This document shows, in pieces, positions 35,928 to 48,092 of a stretch of 64,000 nt of DNA. The position numbers and the translations under genes are program-made. The stretch's first letter is position 1; each line of letters starts with the position of its first letter. The notes below the pieces were generated by a model. It did not search any database. It was not told the origin of the DNA and was given only the letters and a program-made list of their open reading frames with translations. Origin of the DNA: Malacoraja senta (Eukaryota); the NCBI GenBank assembly GCA_038087875.1, contig JAXLNO010000073.1, forward strand, positions 496,001 to 560,000, read 5' to 3'.

Positions 35928-37333
35928 CATAGAAACATAGAAACATAGAAAATAGGTGCAGGAGTGGGCCATTCGGCCCTTCGAGCCTGCACCGCCATTC
36001 AATATGATCATGGCTGATCATCCAACTCAGTATCCTGTACCTGCTTTCTCTCCATACCCCCTGATCCCTTTAGCCACAAGGGCCACATCTAACTAATATA
36101 GCCAATGAACTCGCCTCAAATACATTCTGTGGCAGAGTATTCCAGAGTTTCACCACACTCTGTGTAAAAAATGTTTTTCTCATCTCAGTCCTAAAAGATT
36201 TCCCCTTTATCCTTAAACTGTGACCCTTTGTTCTGGACTTCCCCAACATCGGGAACAATCTTCCTGCGTCTAGCCTGTCCAACCCCTTACGAATGTTGTA
36301 CGTTTCTATAAGATCCCCCCTCAATCTTCTAAATTCTAGTGAGTACAAGCCGAGTCTATCCAGTCTTTCTTCATATGAAAGTCCTGACATCCCAGGAATC
36401 AGTCTGGTGAACCTTCTCTCTACTCCTTCTATGGCAAGAATGTCCTTCCTCAGATTAGGAGACCAAAACTGTACGCAATACTCCAGGTGTGGTCTCACCA
36501 AGACCCCGTACAACTGCATTAGAACCTCCCTGCTCCTATACTCAAATCCTTTTGCTATGAATGCTAACATACCATTCGCTTTCTTCACTGCCTGCTGCAC
36601 CTGCATGCCTAGTCTGAAGAAGGGTTTCGGCCCGAAACGTTGCCTATTTCCTTCGCTCCATAGATGCTGCTGCACCCGCTGAGTTTCTCCAGCATTTTTG
36701 TGTGCCTACTTTCAATGACTGGTGTACCATGACACCCAGGTCTCGTTGCATCTCCCCTTTTCCTAATCGGCCACCATTCAGGTAATAGTCTACTTTCCTG
36801 TTTTTGCCACCAAAGTGGATAACCTCACATGTATCCACATTATACAGCATCTGCCATGCATTTGCCGACTCACTCAGCCTATCCAAGTCATCTTGCAGCC
36901 TCCTAGCATCCTCCTCACAGCTAACACTGCCCCCCAGCTTCGTGTCATCCGCAAACTTGGAGATGTTGCATTCAATTCCCTCGTCCAAATCATTAATATA
37001 TATTGTAAATAGCTGGGGTCCCAGCCCTGAGCCTTGCGGTACCCCACTAGTCACTGCCTGCCATTCTGAAAAGGACCCATTAACTCCTACTCTTTGCTTC
37101 CTGTCTGCCAGCCAGTTCTCTATCCACATCAATACTGAACCCCCAATACCCCTAATCTCTTATGTGGGACCTTGTCGAAAGCCGTCTGAAAGTCGAGATA
37201 TAACACATCCACTGGTTCTCCCTTATCCACTCTACTAGTTACATCCTCGTAAAATTCTATAAGATTCGTCAGACATGATTTACCGTTCATAAATCCATGC
37301 TGACTTTGTCCAATGATTTCACCACTTTCCATC
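35928..37333 (-). mobile_element. Young 5'-truncated CR1, same subfamily as 8578-10458
   Basis: Near identity by eye; tattctta on both flanks (35920-35927, 37341-37348). Confidence 0.92.
36612..36702 (+). ncRNA. 91-bp insertion made of a hammerhead motif plus pLTR tail
   Basis: CUGAAGA-A-GGGU-uucg-GCCC-GAAA-cg-UU; TGCCTA duplicated at 36606-36611 and 36703-36708; absent from sister CR1 copies. Confidence 0.8.
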
Positions 37334-37714
37334 TTAAACATATTCTTAAACTGTGGCCCCTGGTTCTGGACTCCCCCAACATCGGGAACATGTTTCCTGC
37401 CTCTAGCGTGTCCAATCCCTTAACAATTCTATGTGTTTCAACTTACCAATCTTATGTGTTTCAACTACTCTCTAACTAAAGAAGTTCCTCCTCACATCCT
37501 TTCTAAAAGAGTGTCCGTTAAATGTGAAGCTGTGACCTCTGGTCCTCGACTCTCCCACCAGTGGAAACGTACTCTCCACATCCACTCTATCTATGCCTTT
37601 CATTATTCTGTAAGTTTAAATGAGGTTCCCCCTCAACCTTCTAAACTCCAGCGAGTCGAGGTCCAGTGGCGTCAACCGCTGATCATATGCTAATTCATGG
37701 GATGTGTATGTGTT

Positions 37715-38325
37715 GTAAAGTGTTCATATTTTGTATTTTTGTATAAATAATACAAAATTTCTGGATGGGAATATTCAATACCATTCCTAAAACACTCAAA
37801 ATTCAATTGGAGTCAGATTCAAAATAAATAATATTAGGAATGTCAGAGGGCTGCTCCATGTTAACGACATTCCAAGAACGTTTCCTTGACTATGGCTTAA
37901 TAACTGCGAAAAAAATAATACTTAACTTCTGGAAAAAGATAACAGTTCTCATAGTGAATATGTGTATCACAGAAATGACCGAGACATTACATTTAGAAAA
38001 AATAAGGCTTGTTTTGGCTGATAAATCAGACCAATTTTTCAAAACATGCTCTCCTTTCATTGAATTTCTTCAACAATAGAATGGTTGAACACAGATTTGA
38101 AACCGATGCTTGGGTTGGGTGAGCGGGGGTAGGGAAGGATAGTGGGACATATCTCTGTTTTTTTCTGTTTTTTTCTTTCACTTCTTTGTCAGTTCAGGGG
38201 TTTTTTCTTCTCTCTTTTTTGTATCTTTCTTCTTTCTCTGCATTCTTTCCTTTTTACTTTTTTCCGATTCATTTATCAGTTTATAAAACAGTTTATAAAA
38301 AGAAAAAATTAAAAAATTAAAAAAT
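37715..38325 (+). mobile_element. L1-clade LINE 3' end
   Basis: NFWMGIF..IIILG..YGLITAKKIILNFWK..LEKIR..PFI, T-rich UTR, A-rich tail. Confidence 0.78.
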
Positions 38326-38356
38326 ATAAGTATGTGTTCAGCGTTGTCACACTTAC

Positions 38357-38605
38357 CGACTGCCAGACTATAGCTGGTATCGCAAACTTGCTCAGCTGCT
38401 GCGTGATCTTCAAGACTTGCCCTCAGAACTCAAAACGCCTATCCTGATCTGGAAACAGCTCCTTGGATTGGGAGTCCGGGGGACCGCTCCCACTCTGGTC
38501 CGCTGGCCTTTCGCTCCGATTGACCCGTCCGCGCTGTTCCAGACATGGAATATGTGGGGGCCTCCCGCACACGGGCGGAAAGCTCCATCTCGGCAGCACG
38601 GCCTG
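38357..38605 (-). pseudogene. EEF1AKMT3: EEF1AKMT3/METTL21B-like methyltransferase, first conserved coding exon (249 bp) with in-frame TGA
   Basis: ctacag|...KELFPDQDRRFEF*GQVLKITQQLSKFAIPAIVWQS|gtaagt; matches family FCGHVL.I.Q....VAA.VW; phase 0 joins the 16725 exon. Confidence 0.8.
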
Positions 38606-38631
38606 CTGTAGTCGGGGAAACAAGATGGTAA

Positions 38632-38901
38632 AGGGCCTGTCCAACATGCCGATTTTTTTTGGCGACTGCCGGCATCATTGACTGACGTATCAGGTCACCG
38701 AAAAATTTGCGGCGTGATTCAGCGTGACGCGGCATTGACACGGCAGTGACGCGGTGTTATGACATATGACGCGTTGTGTTTTTTCAAATGTCGCAACATT
38801 TTATTTTTGTCGCCGCTGGATTTTGAAATGTTCAAAATCTTTTGCCGACCCAGATATGACGCCGGCAGTCGCCGAAAAAATCGCCTAGTGGGACAGGCCC
38901 T
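38632..38901. mobile_element. Harbinger-type MITE
   Basis: About 45-bp imperfect TIRs starting agggcctgtcc; TAA/TTA flanks. Confidence 0.85.
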
Positions 38902-38919
38902 TTAGTTACCCAGCTCACT

Positions 38920-39850
38920 TTAGTACAGTGAAAAGCCTCTGTGACGTGCTAACTAGTCAGCAGGAAAGAGCCATACATGATTACGTTTCCTGCGGTCTTG
39001 GACGGAGTTCTTCCCAATCCCAGCTGTGATGATTCCCCATAAAATGTTCTCTACGGAGCATCTGCAGAGGTTGGTGACAGTTGTAGGGGACATGCTGAAC
39101 TTCCTAAGCCTCTTAATAAGTAGAGGCGTTGGTGATCTTTCTTGATCGTTGCTTTAATATAGGTGTGTAGGATGGTTCAGTTGCCTGATAACAGCGGGGA
39201 AGAACCTGCCCCTGAATCTGGAGGTGTGCTTTTTCACACTTCTGTAACTCTTGCCCGATGGGAGAAGGGAGAAGAGGGAGTGGCCAGGGGTGAGACTGGT
39301 CCTTGATTCTGCTGCTGGCCTTGCCGAGGCAGCGTGAGGTGTAGATGGAGTCGATGGAAGGGAGGTTGGTTCGTGTGTGATGGTCTGGGCTGCGTCCACA
39401 ATTCTCTACAATTTCGTGCGGTCTTGGATGGAGCCGTTCCCAAACCGTACTGTGATGCATCCTGATAGCATGCTTTGCGCGGCGCATCTGTAGAAGTTGG
39501 TGAGAGTTGTAGGGGACATGCCGAACTTCCTAAGCCTCTTTGTTAGTAGAGGCATTGGTGAGTTTTCCTGCTCGTTGCTTCAATGTGCGTGGTCCAGGAG
39601 ACGTTGTTGGTGATATTGACTCCGACGGATTTGAACTTTTCGACCATCTCTACTTCAGCGCCGTCAATGTCAACTGGGGTTTGCGTTCTGAAGTCGGTCA
39701 CTATCTCCTTTGTCTTGCTGACGTTGAGAGAAAGGTTGTTGTCTCCAGGACACCAGGACACCAGGTTATCGATCTCCTTCCTGTACTCCCTCTCATCATT
39801 AATTGATATCCGGCCCACAATGGTGGTGTCGTCTGCCAGTTTGTACATTG
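38920..39850 (-). mobile_element. Rex1/Babar-like LINE fragment with an internal tandem duplication
   Basis: YKLADDTTIVG, NNLSLNVSKTKE, LPSGKSYRS; the RLRKF segment occurs twice (near 39530 and 39110). Confidence 0.8.
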
Positions 39851-39855
39851 TATAT

Positions 39856-41390
39856 CTTTATTGTCATTTCCTGAGTATTCGCATACCCAGAGGAAACAAA
39901 AAAACGTTCCTCAACCAGTGTCAATTCCAGTGTGCAGTAAAAAATAAATAGAAGCAAAAATACATATATCATGAACAAATTAACACTCTACTCTACTAAA
40001 CATCAACCGGCGTTCCGATCGGCAGCGGCACGACAGTGGCTCTGCTGCAGTGTGTTCAGGTTGCTGGTTGGTGCACGATACTTTGGCAGGGGACAAAGTC
40101 CGTTTATCAGTCTTATAACCTGCGGGAAGAAGCTGAGGAGCATCCTGCTGGTTTTGCACCTAGTAAAGTAAAGTAAAGTAAGTTTATTTATATAGCGCCT
40201 TTCAATCAGATTACTGAAACCAAAGCGCTTTACAGACAATTAACCATATAAATAAAAAATAAAAAGGTAGAATAAAAAAGACACGACACACTATTTAGAA
40301 ATTCAACATGAACATCCCCCCACAGCAGAGTCGACACTCTCCACCGTGAGGGAAAGGCACCAAAGTGTCCAGTCCTCCTCCTAGTCCACCCGAGATCGGG
40401 GCCAGTCTGAGGGCTCCGCAGCCAGTCGCCGCAACGGCAGCCCGATGTTGTAGACTCACCCGCCGGGAAGCTGGAACACCGGCATTGGGTGGAAAGTCCT
40501 CAACGGCCTGGAAGTGTCTGGAGCGGCCGCTCCCTCCCCGGAGACTGCGACGCCCGCGGACCTCAGGCCGCGCCGGTTGGAGCCTCGACTACCTAATGCT
40601 CCGGTACCTCTTCCCAGATGGCAGGATGGAGAATATGTGATGGGATGGGTGGTAGGGGTCTTTGATGATGGAGATGGCTCTGCTGATACATCTCTTCCTG
40701 TATATGTCCAGCAGGAAAGGGAGTGGAGCACCAATAATCCTGCTGGCGGTCTTCACAATCCTGTCTAGTTGGTGCCGTTCGTACGCCTTGCAGCTCCCGA
40801 ACCAGGAAGTGATGCCGTAGGTTAATGAGCTCTCGATTGTCCCCCTATAAAAAGTTCGTAGGTGTGTAGTGGGGAGACCTGCTTTACGTAGTCTTCGGAG
40901 AGGGTGTAGTCGCTGCTGGGCTCTCTTGACCAGTGCTGTGGTGTTGGTCGTGGACGTCAGGTCGTCTGACAGGTGGAGTCCTAGGAACTTCACGCTGTTG
41001 ACCCTTTCCACATCAGCTCCATCGATGTGCAGAGGTGTATGGTGTTGTTTTCCCGCCCTCCTGAAGTCAACCACCATCTCCTTAGTTTTTCCCACGTTGA
41101 GAATGAGGTTGTGGGATTTCCCACATCCTGTGAGCAGCTCCACCTCCATCCTGTACGCCGACTCATCATAGTCGCTGATGAGACCCACCACTGTTGTGTC
41201 ATCAGCGAACCTGTTGATGAAGTTGTTGTTGAGTCTAGCAGTACAGTCGTGTGTTAGCAGACTAAACAGCAGGGGGCTTAGGACACAGCCTAGGGGCGAG
41301 CCAGTGCTCACGGCTATGGTTTTTGATGTCCTACTGCCCACCCTGACTGTCTGCTGCCGTTGCGATGGAAAGTTCAGGACCCAGTTACAT
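39856..41390 (-). mobile_element. Second Rex1/Babar-like LINE, 5'-truncated
   Basis: 273-aa ORF 40589-41410 with GSPLGCVLSPLLF, FADDTTVVG, LPSGKRYR; tail at 39856. Confidence 0.88.
40163..40590 (-). mobile_element. Non-coding GC-rich retroposon, copy c, L2-like tail with (ACTTT)n
   Basis: TSD ACCTA (40158-40162, 40591-40595); stem-loop core 40307-40375. Confidence 0.8.
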
Positions 41391-41475
41391 GTGCCAGTTA
41401 CATTTGTCATAGTAAATTAATGACAAAATGGAGTAATTTCTAAAGTTACTCCAGCACTGTTTGTCTACCTTTGCT

Positions 41476-41997
41476 TCATAGAAATATAGATACATAGAAA
41501 ATGGGAAAAGGAGAAGACCATTCGGCCCTTCGAGCCAGCACTGCCATTCAATATGCTCATGGCTGCTCATCCACAATCAGTACCCCGTTCCTGCCTTCTC
41601 CCCACAACCCCTAACTCCACTATCTTTAAGAGCCCTATCTAGCTCTCTCATGAAAGTATCCAGAGAACCGGCCTCCACCGCCCTCTGAGGCAGAGAATTC
41701 CACAGACACACAACTCTTTGGGTGGAAAAGTGTTTCCTCATCTCCGTTCTAAATGGCTTACCCCTTAATCTTAAACTGTGGCCCCTGGTTCTGGACTCCC
41801 CCAACATCTTTCCTGCCTCTAGCATGTCCAAACCCGTAATAATCTTATATGTTTCAATAAGCTGCCCTCTCATCCTTCAGAACTCCAGAGTGTACAGGAC
41901 CAGCCGCTCCATTCTCTCAGCACATGACAGTCCCGCCATCCCGGGAATTAACCTTGTGAACCTACGCTGCACTCCCTCAGTGGCAAGAATGTCCTTC
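41476..41997 (-). mobile_element. CR1 3' end
   Basis: [19 protein letters not shown] and tail. Confidence 0.88.
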
Positions 41998-42009
41998 CGA
42001 ATGTGCAAT

Positions 42010-42290
42010 ATTTCACAGTATAGTGTTGTGGCAATACAAAATATTGGCTATGGGGGCTGTGTGTTCAGTGCAGAGTTCAGAGTGGTGGTGGCCTTGGTGT
42101 AGAAATTGTTTGTTAATCTTTTGGTGTGTGATTTGATGGACTTGTAACGCTTTCCCGAGGGCAGAAGGGCAAACAAGTGATGTGTAGGATGAGATGAGTT
42201 CTTTAGTATGCGTGATGCCTTCCGCAGGCAACGAGAGCTATAGATCTCTTCCAGGGCAGGCAACTGTGTGTTGTTGATCTTCTGGGTAAA
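42010..42290 (-). mobile_element. Rex1/Babar-like LINE C-terminal fragment
   Basis: LEEIYSSRCLRKASRILKNSSHPTHHLFALLPSGKRYKS. Confidence 0.75.
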
Positions 42291-42447
42291 TTGGTAAGTT
42301 AGCAAATTAGTCCATTTATCAGCTAATATAAGCAAGGTTTGCTCTGGGACAGCGGCCTTGTCGAGGGAAGTGGCTTGTGAGAAAAGTGCGAGTCTTTGGC
42401 TCGAGAGTCTTTGGCGAGAAGGCTGAGGGAGGAGACTACGGCAAAAG

Positions 42448-43335
42448 ATGGAGAGGGTGAGAAGCAGTGAGGAAATGACAGATAAGCTGAGTCAGTGTGA
42501 TGCTTGCAGGATGTGGGAGTGCAGGGACACTGCTGGTGCCTCTGGCTGCTACAACTGTGGAAAGTGTGTCCAGGTTCATCTCCTGAAGGACCGTGTTGGG
42601 GCACTGGACGACCTCAGGATCATCTGGGAAAATGAGATTTTCCTGGACAGGACCCACAGCGAGATCGTCACACCGAAGATACCTGAAGAGAGAAGGTGGG
42701 TGACGATGAGGAAGGGAAGGAAGCTTGGAGTACAGGAGACCCCTGGGGATAGACCTCTTGGAAACAGGTTCACCCTCTTGGAAGCTGTCGGGACAGAAGA
42801 CACTGCCAGTCTGAGCGGCGGACAGGTCTGCGAGTCACAACGTGGCGCTGAAGCAAAGCCGAAGAGACAGACGTCAGGCAGAGCCGTGGTAGACGGGGAC
42901 TCCATTGTGAGATGTACAAGCAGGGGTTTCTGCGGCAACAGGCGGGATTCAAGGATGCTGTGATGCCTCCCTGGTGCCAGGATCCAGGACGTCACGGGAT
43001 TACAGGGAGTCCTCAAGTGTGAAGGTGCGCAGCTGGAAGTGGTAGTGCATGTCGTCACAAATGACGTCGGGAAGAAGGGGAAAGTAATTCTGCAGCGTGA
43101 CTTTAGAGAGCTCGGAAGAAGGCTGGCAAGCAGCATCCCCAGTTTGCTTTCAGTTCCTCGTGCTGGTGAGGGCAGGACAGGGAGATAGCGGATCTGAATG
43201 AGTGGTTGAGGAGCTGGTGCAGGGGGGCTGGTGCAAGGATGAATTGTACAAAGGGACGGGTTGCACCTTAACAGGCGGGGGACCAGCATTCTGGCAGGCA
43301 CGTTTGCCACTGCTACACTGGTGGGTTTAAACTAA
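42448..43335 (+). pseudogene. CR1 ORF1: CxxC zinc finger plus SGNH esterase
   Basis: CDACRMWE..CGKC, GDSIVR, LPGARIQDV, TNDVG, DGLHLN; stops present. Confidence 0.85.
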
Positions 43336-44738
43336 ACAGTGGGGGGGGGGGAGGAGACAAATTGGAAATACAAGGATGGAGTTAAAGGGAAAGAGAATAT
43401 AGGAAAAGTTAAGAAAGACACCAGAATTAACGGGGCAGAAGGCTCATGAAGGGATAGGCGAGTATGGCCAAGGGAAATAGGAATGGATGTGAAAGGTGAG
43501 GTGGGTAATGAAATAAAAAAATTATTTGAATAAACAAAGTATAAGGAGTAAAGTAGATGAGCTTGAGGCTCAGTTAGATATGACATTGTGGGGATTACAG
43601 AGACATGGCTGCAGGAGGATCAGGACTGGGAAATGAATATTCAGCGTTATACGTCCTATAGAAAGGACAGGCTGGTGGGAATAGGAGGTGGGGTAGCTCT
43701 GGGTTGAGGGATGAAATTCAGTCCCTTGCGAGGGGTGAAATAGGGACTGACGATGTAGAGTCGCTGTGGATAGAATTGAGGAATTGTAAAGGTAAAATGA
43801 CACTAGTGGGAGTTATCTACAGGCCCCCAACAGTAGCCTGGATATAGGGTGCATGTTGCAGCAGGAGTTAATATTGGCATGTAACAAAGGTAATGGCACT
43901 GTGGTTATGGGAGATTTCAATATGCAGGTAGACAGGGAAAATCAGGTTGGTTCTGGACCCCAAGAAAGGGAGTTTGTGGAGTGCCTCCAAGATGGATTCT
44001 TAGTGCAGCTTGTAATGGAGCCGACCAGAGAAAAGACAATTCTGGATTTAGTGTTGTCTATTGAACCAGATTTAATAAGGGAGCTCAAGGTAAAGGAACT
44101 GCTGGGAGATAGTGACCATAATATGATACGTTTAAATCTGCAATTTGAGAGGGAGAAGGTTAAATCAGAAGTGTCAGTGTTGCAGTTGAACAAAGGGGAC
44201 TATGAAGGCATGAGAGAGGAACTGGCCAAGGTAGACTGGAAAAGGATCCTAGCAGGAATAACGGTGGAACAGCAATGACAGGAATGTCTGGGCATAATCC
44301 AGAAGATGCAGGATCATTTCATTCCAAAAAGGAAGAAAGATTCTAAGGGGAGTAGGAGGCAACCGTGGCTGACAAGAGAAGTTACGGATGGAATAAAACA
44401 AAAAAAAAGGTGTATAACATAGCAAAGAGTAGCGGGAAGCCAGAGGATTGGGAAACGTTCATAGGACAACAGAGGGTAACAAAAGGGGCAATACGGGCTG
44501 AAAAGATAAAGTACGAAGGAAAGCTGGCCAGGAATATAAAAGAAGAACAGTAAAAGCTTCTTTAGATATGTTAAGAGAAAAAGATTAGTTAAGACAATGT
44601 GGGTCCCTTGAAGGCAGGAAGTGGTGAAATTGGGGAACAAGGAAGTGGCAGAAGAGTTGAACAGGTACATTGGTTCTGTCTTCACAAAGGAAGACACAAA
44701 TGATCTCCCAGATGTACTAGGGGACAGAGGATCTAGGG

Positions 44739-45302
44739 CAGGGGTCGTCAACCCGCGGCCCCCGGGCCAAATGCGGCCCGTAATCTGAAATCATCCGGCC
44801 CGCAGACTTCCTTCTTCTCCGGTACCTCCCGGGATGGAGGCCGCGGCACCCAGGCACGGTGACGCAAGGAGGCCTTCGCTGGCGGCCACAATGGCGGAGC
44901 CGTCGAGCGTGGCCGAGCGCCAAACGCCGAGCTCTGGCTGTACCGCATCCTGCGAAAAGCCGCCGGCACGGTCGCGCACCTTCTGTGTCTGGGCTTCACG
45001 GTCGGGATCGGGGTTGTCAATAGGCCGGGGGCGTGTGAGTATTTGAGCCACCGCCTTCAGGACCAACAGAGCCATGGCAATGGACCGTAGGTGCGCCATG
45101 TTGGTGAGCGCCCGTAACCAGGGGCCAGTGCTCCGGGTGGCGTCCTCCAGGGGGGCGGGATCTATGTGAACACGTGATTTGATGCCTGCCATCCGGGGCG
45201 GGATGGAGGCGGGGTCCATGTGTACACGTGATAGATGTGCCCCGCCATCCACTCACAGACATGTGTCCTGGCCCTTATGCAGAACAAGGTTGCCCACCCC
45301 TG
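44739..45302. mobile_element. hAT (Charlie-like) MITE
   Basis: TIRs caggggtcgtcaacc / ggttgcccacccctg; TCTAGGG duplicated on both sides. Confidence 0.85.
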
Positions 45303-46488
45303 TCTAGGGAGACAGAGGAACTGAAAGAAATTTGCATTAGACGAGAAATTTGCATTAGGCAGACTGATGGGACTGAATGCTGATAAATCCCCAGGGCCTG
45401 ATGGTCTGCATCCCAGGGTACTAAAGGAGGTGGCTCTAGACATCGTGGATACATTGGTGATAATTTGCCAATGTTCTATAGATTCAGGATCATTCCTGTG
45501 GATTTGAGGGTAGCTAATGTTATCCCACTTTTTAAGAAATGGAGAGAGAAAACAGGCATTTATAGACCAGTTAGCCTGACATCGGTGGTGGGAAAGATGC
45601 TGGAGTCAATTATAAGAGATAAAATTGCGCCACATTTGAATAGCAGTAACAGGATCGGTCTGAGTCAGCATGGATTTACGAAGGGGAAATCATGCTTGAC
45701 TAATCTGGACTTTTTTGAAGATGTGACAAGTAAAATGGATGAAGGAGAGCCGGTGGATAGTGTCTGGACTTTCAGAAAGCATTTGATAAGGTCCCACACT
45801 GGAGATTAGTGGGCGAAATTAGAGCACATGGTATTGGGGGTAGGGTATTGACATGGATAGAGAATTGGTTGGCAGACAGGAAACAAAGAGGAGGAATAAA
45901 CGGGTCCCTGTCAGAATGGCAGGCAGTGGCGAATGGAGTGCCGCAAGGCTCGGTGCTGGGGCCGCAACTATTTACACTATATATTAATGATTTAGATGAT
46001 AGGATTAAAAGTAACACTACCAAAGTTGCGGATAACACAAAGCTGGGTGGTAGTGTAAACTGCGAAGAGGATGCAAGGAGGTTGCAGGGTGACTTGGACA
46101 GGTTAAGTGAGTGGCTAGATGCATGGCAGATGCAATTTAATGTAGATAAAAGTAAGGTTATCCACTTTGGCGGCAAGACCAAGGAGGCAGATTATTATAT
46201 CAATGGTGTCAGATTAGGAAAGAGGAAAGTGCAACAAGACCTGGGTGTCCTTGTACACCAGTCACTAAAACTAAACATGCAGGTACAGCAGGCAGTGAAG
46301 AGAGCTAATGGCATGTTGGCCTTCATTGCGAGAGGATTTGAGTATAGGAGCAAGGAGGTCCTATACAGGTCCTTGTACAGGGCTCTGGTGAGACCGCACC
46401 TGGAGTATTGTGTGCAGTTTTGGTCTCCTAATTTCAGGAAGGACATTCTTGCTTTTGAGGGAGTGCAGCATAGGTTCAGAATCAGAAT

Positions 46489-46566
46489 CAGAATCAGAAT
46501 CACACTTTATTCGCTAAGTATGTTTTGCAACATACGAGGAATTTCATTGGCCTGGTCAGTCATACA
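46489..46566 (-). mobile_element. Retroposon copy d, 3' tail with (TCTGAT)n; body at 54627-54814
   Basis: Split by DIRS copy 3; joined flanks give catacaattaaaagc. Confidence 0.72.
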
Positions 46567-48092
46567 ATTTTACTTCGGAGTCACGTGAGTGACTACGTGA
46601 AGAAGGCCGTCAGCCCGCATGCGCGTCATTACGTCTACCGCATTGCGCAACGACTGACTGGCAGGCGCGCTGCTCCTTCCAGCGGTAAGTTTAAACCAGC
46701 ATGTAAGTTTTAAAACTTATTTCTAGGTTCTGTTTTTTGTGCTGCAGGAAGCTCTTTACAGAGTTTGCCTGCTGGATTCAGGGCGAAGTCGGACGGGCCG
46801 CGGGGAAACCGGTTATGGACCGCGGGGAGATCCCGGTCCGGACCGCGGAAGCGCGAGTAGCCGGCGGCCGTCGGGTTCGCTACCTAAGTCGCTGACAATG
46901 GGGTCAGCGGCTCCCAGACCGCTATGGTTCCCCAGAAAGGGGGTAAAACCAGCAGTAAGCCGGTCTCGCCACCCGAGTCGCTGACAGTGCGGTCAGCGGC
47001 TCCTAGACCGCTATGGTGCCCCAGAAAGGGGTCAAACCACGAGTAAGTCGGTCAGGCCTTGGGCCTCGGGCGAGTCGGGCCAGCTCCTTCAATGGGTGCG
47101 TCTACGGACGCATAAACCCACATGGAGCACCTGATGGAGAGGTTTCTCCACTATGATATACTCCAAAGGAGGGAGATATTAGCGCGGGTCTCCTCGGGGG
47201 CCCGCGGCAGTGGCACCTGTTTCAGGGCTGCACAATGTCTCCCTCTCTGAGGAGGGGAGCATGCAAGGTCAGTTTCAGTCTGACAGAGCAAAAATCCTGA
47301 TATAGGTCCGTAGGACGGGCCATGTCAGCACAGGTATCCTCGGGGGCCTGCGGCACCACGTGTTTTCAGGGCTGCCTGCGAATCCCCCTCTCTGTGGAGG
47401 GGAGTGCGAGGAAATACTCGCAAGCGAAGGGGATACTGCCGGAAGAATTGGTTCCAGCCGTTGGCAGAATACCCGGAAGGGGGCAGAGTTCCCCTCACGC
47501 TACAAGTGCCGGCAGTGAACAGCGCCATCAGGGGTGACAATGGAGGGGGCATGAAAGCCAGGAAATGAAACCAACCGCCGAATCTTCTCTTCAGGTGAGA
47601 CTTATCCAACAGGTATACCTGGATGAGGAAGCAAAAGCTGTCGGACTGATTAAGGTACCGACGACGAACAAAGCTTCATCGTATCGGCGACGACACACCC
47701 CACGCCTCATCGGCAGTAAGCAGTTCACTGAAGCTGGTGGCAGCTTGAAAGCTGGGCAGAAGACTTTCAGGCCAAGGTCCAAGCCGGTCTCAGGAAATAT
47801 GGAATCCACATACACTACCATTCCTACTCTCCAATCAAGGACGGGAACAGAACCCACATCAGGGGCCTTTCGGCTTACCATAAGACCACCGGTAACCATG
47901 GAGATAGGTGGGTCTGGTTCTTCCGAAACATGGGGTAAGTGGACCATTTACAAGTTGGTAATATTTACACTTGTTTTTGTACAAATGACAATGATAACAT
48001 TAGATTCAGATCCGTGAAATACTAAAATGATAACATGTGATTGGATTATTTTTGCACGGTATACAGGGGTACCAAGTATGGCTTTGAATTGG

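Larger units (their letters stand above)
35445..37695 (-). mobile_element. Cluster of nested CR1 3' fragments
   Basis: Separate tails at about 35450, 35652 and 35928; the 35652 copy resumes at 37341; another piece at 37475-37695. Confidence 0.8.

Noticed and set aside
38423..38425. TGA at a Cys position as selenocysteine
   Set aside because: The next exon has a motif I substitution and a deletion, TGY to TGA is a single change, and no SECIS can be assessed because the 3' UTR is outside the window; conserved TGA in orthologues would reopen it
40195..40360. Long-range pairing of the bulged GTGCCTTTC with tail GAAAGGCGC in retroposon c
   Set aside because: The tail segment has a local partner in the L2-type stem-loop and the pairing is only about 4 bp in copies a and d; needs a larger alignment
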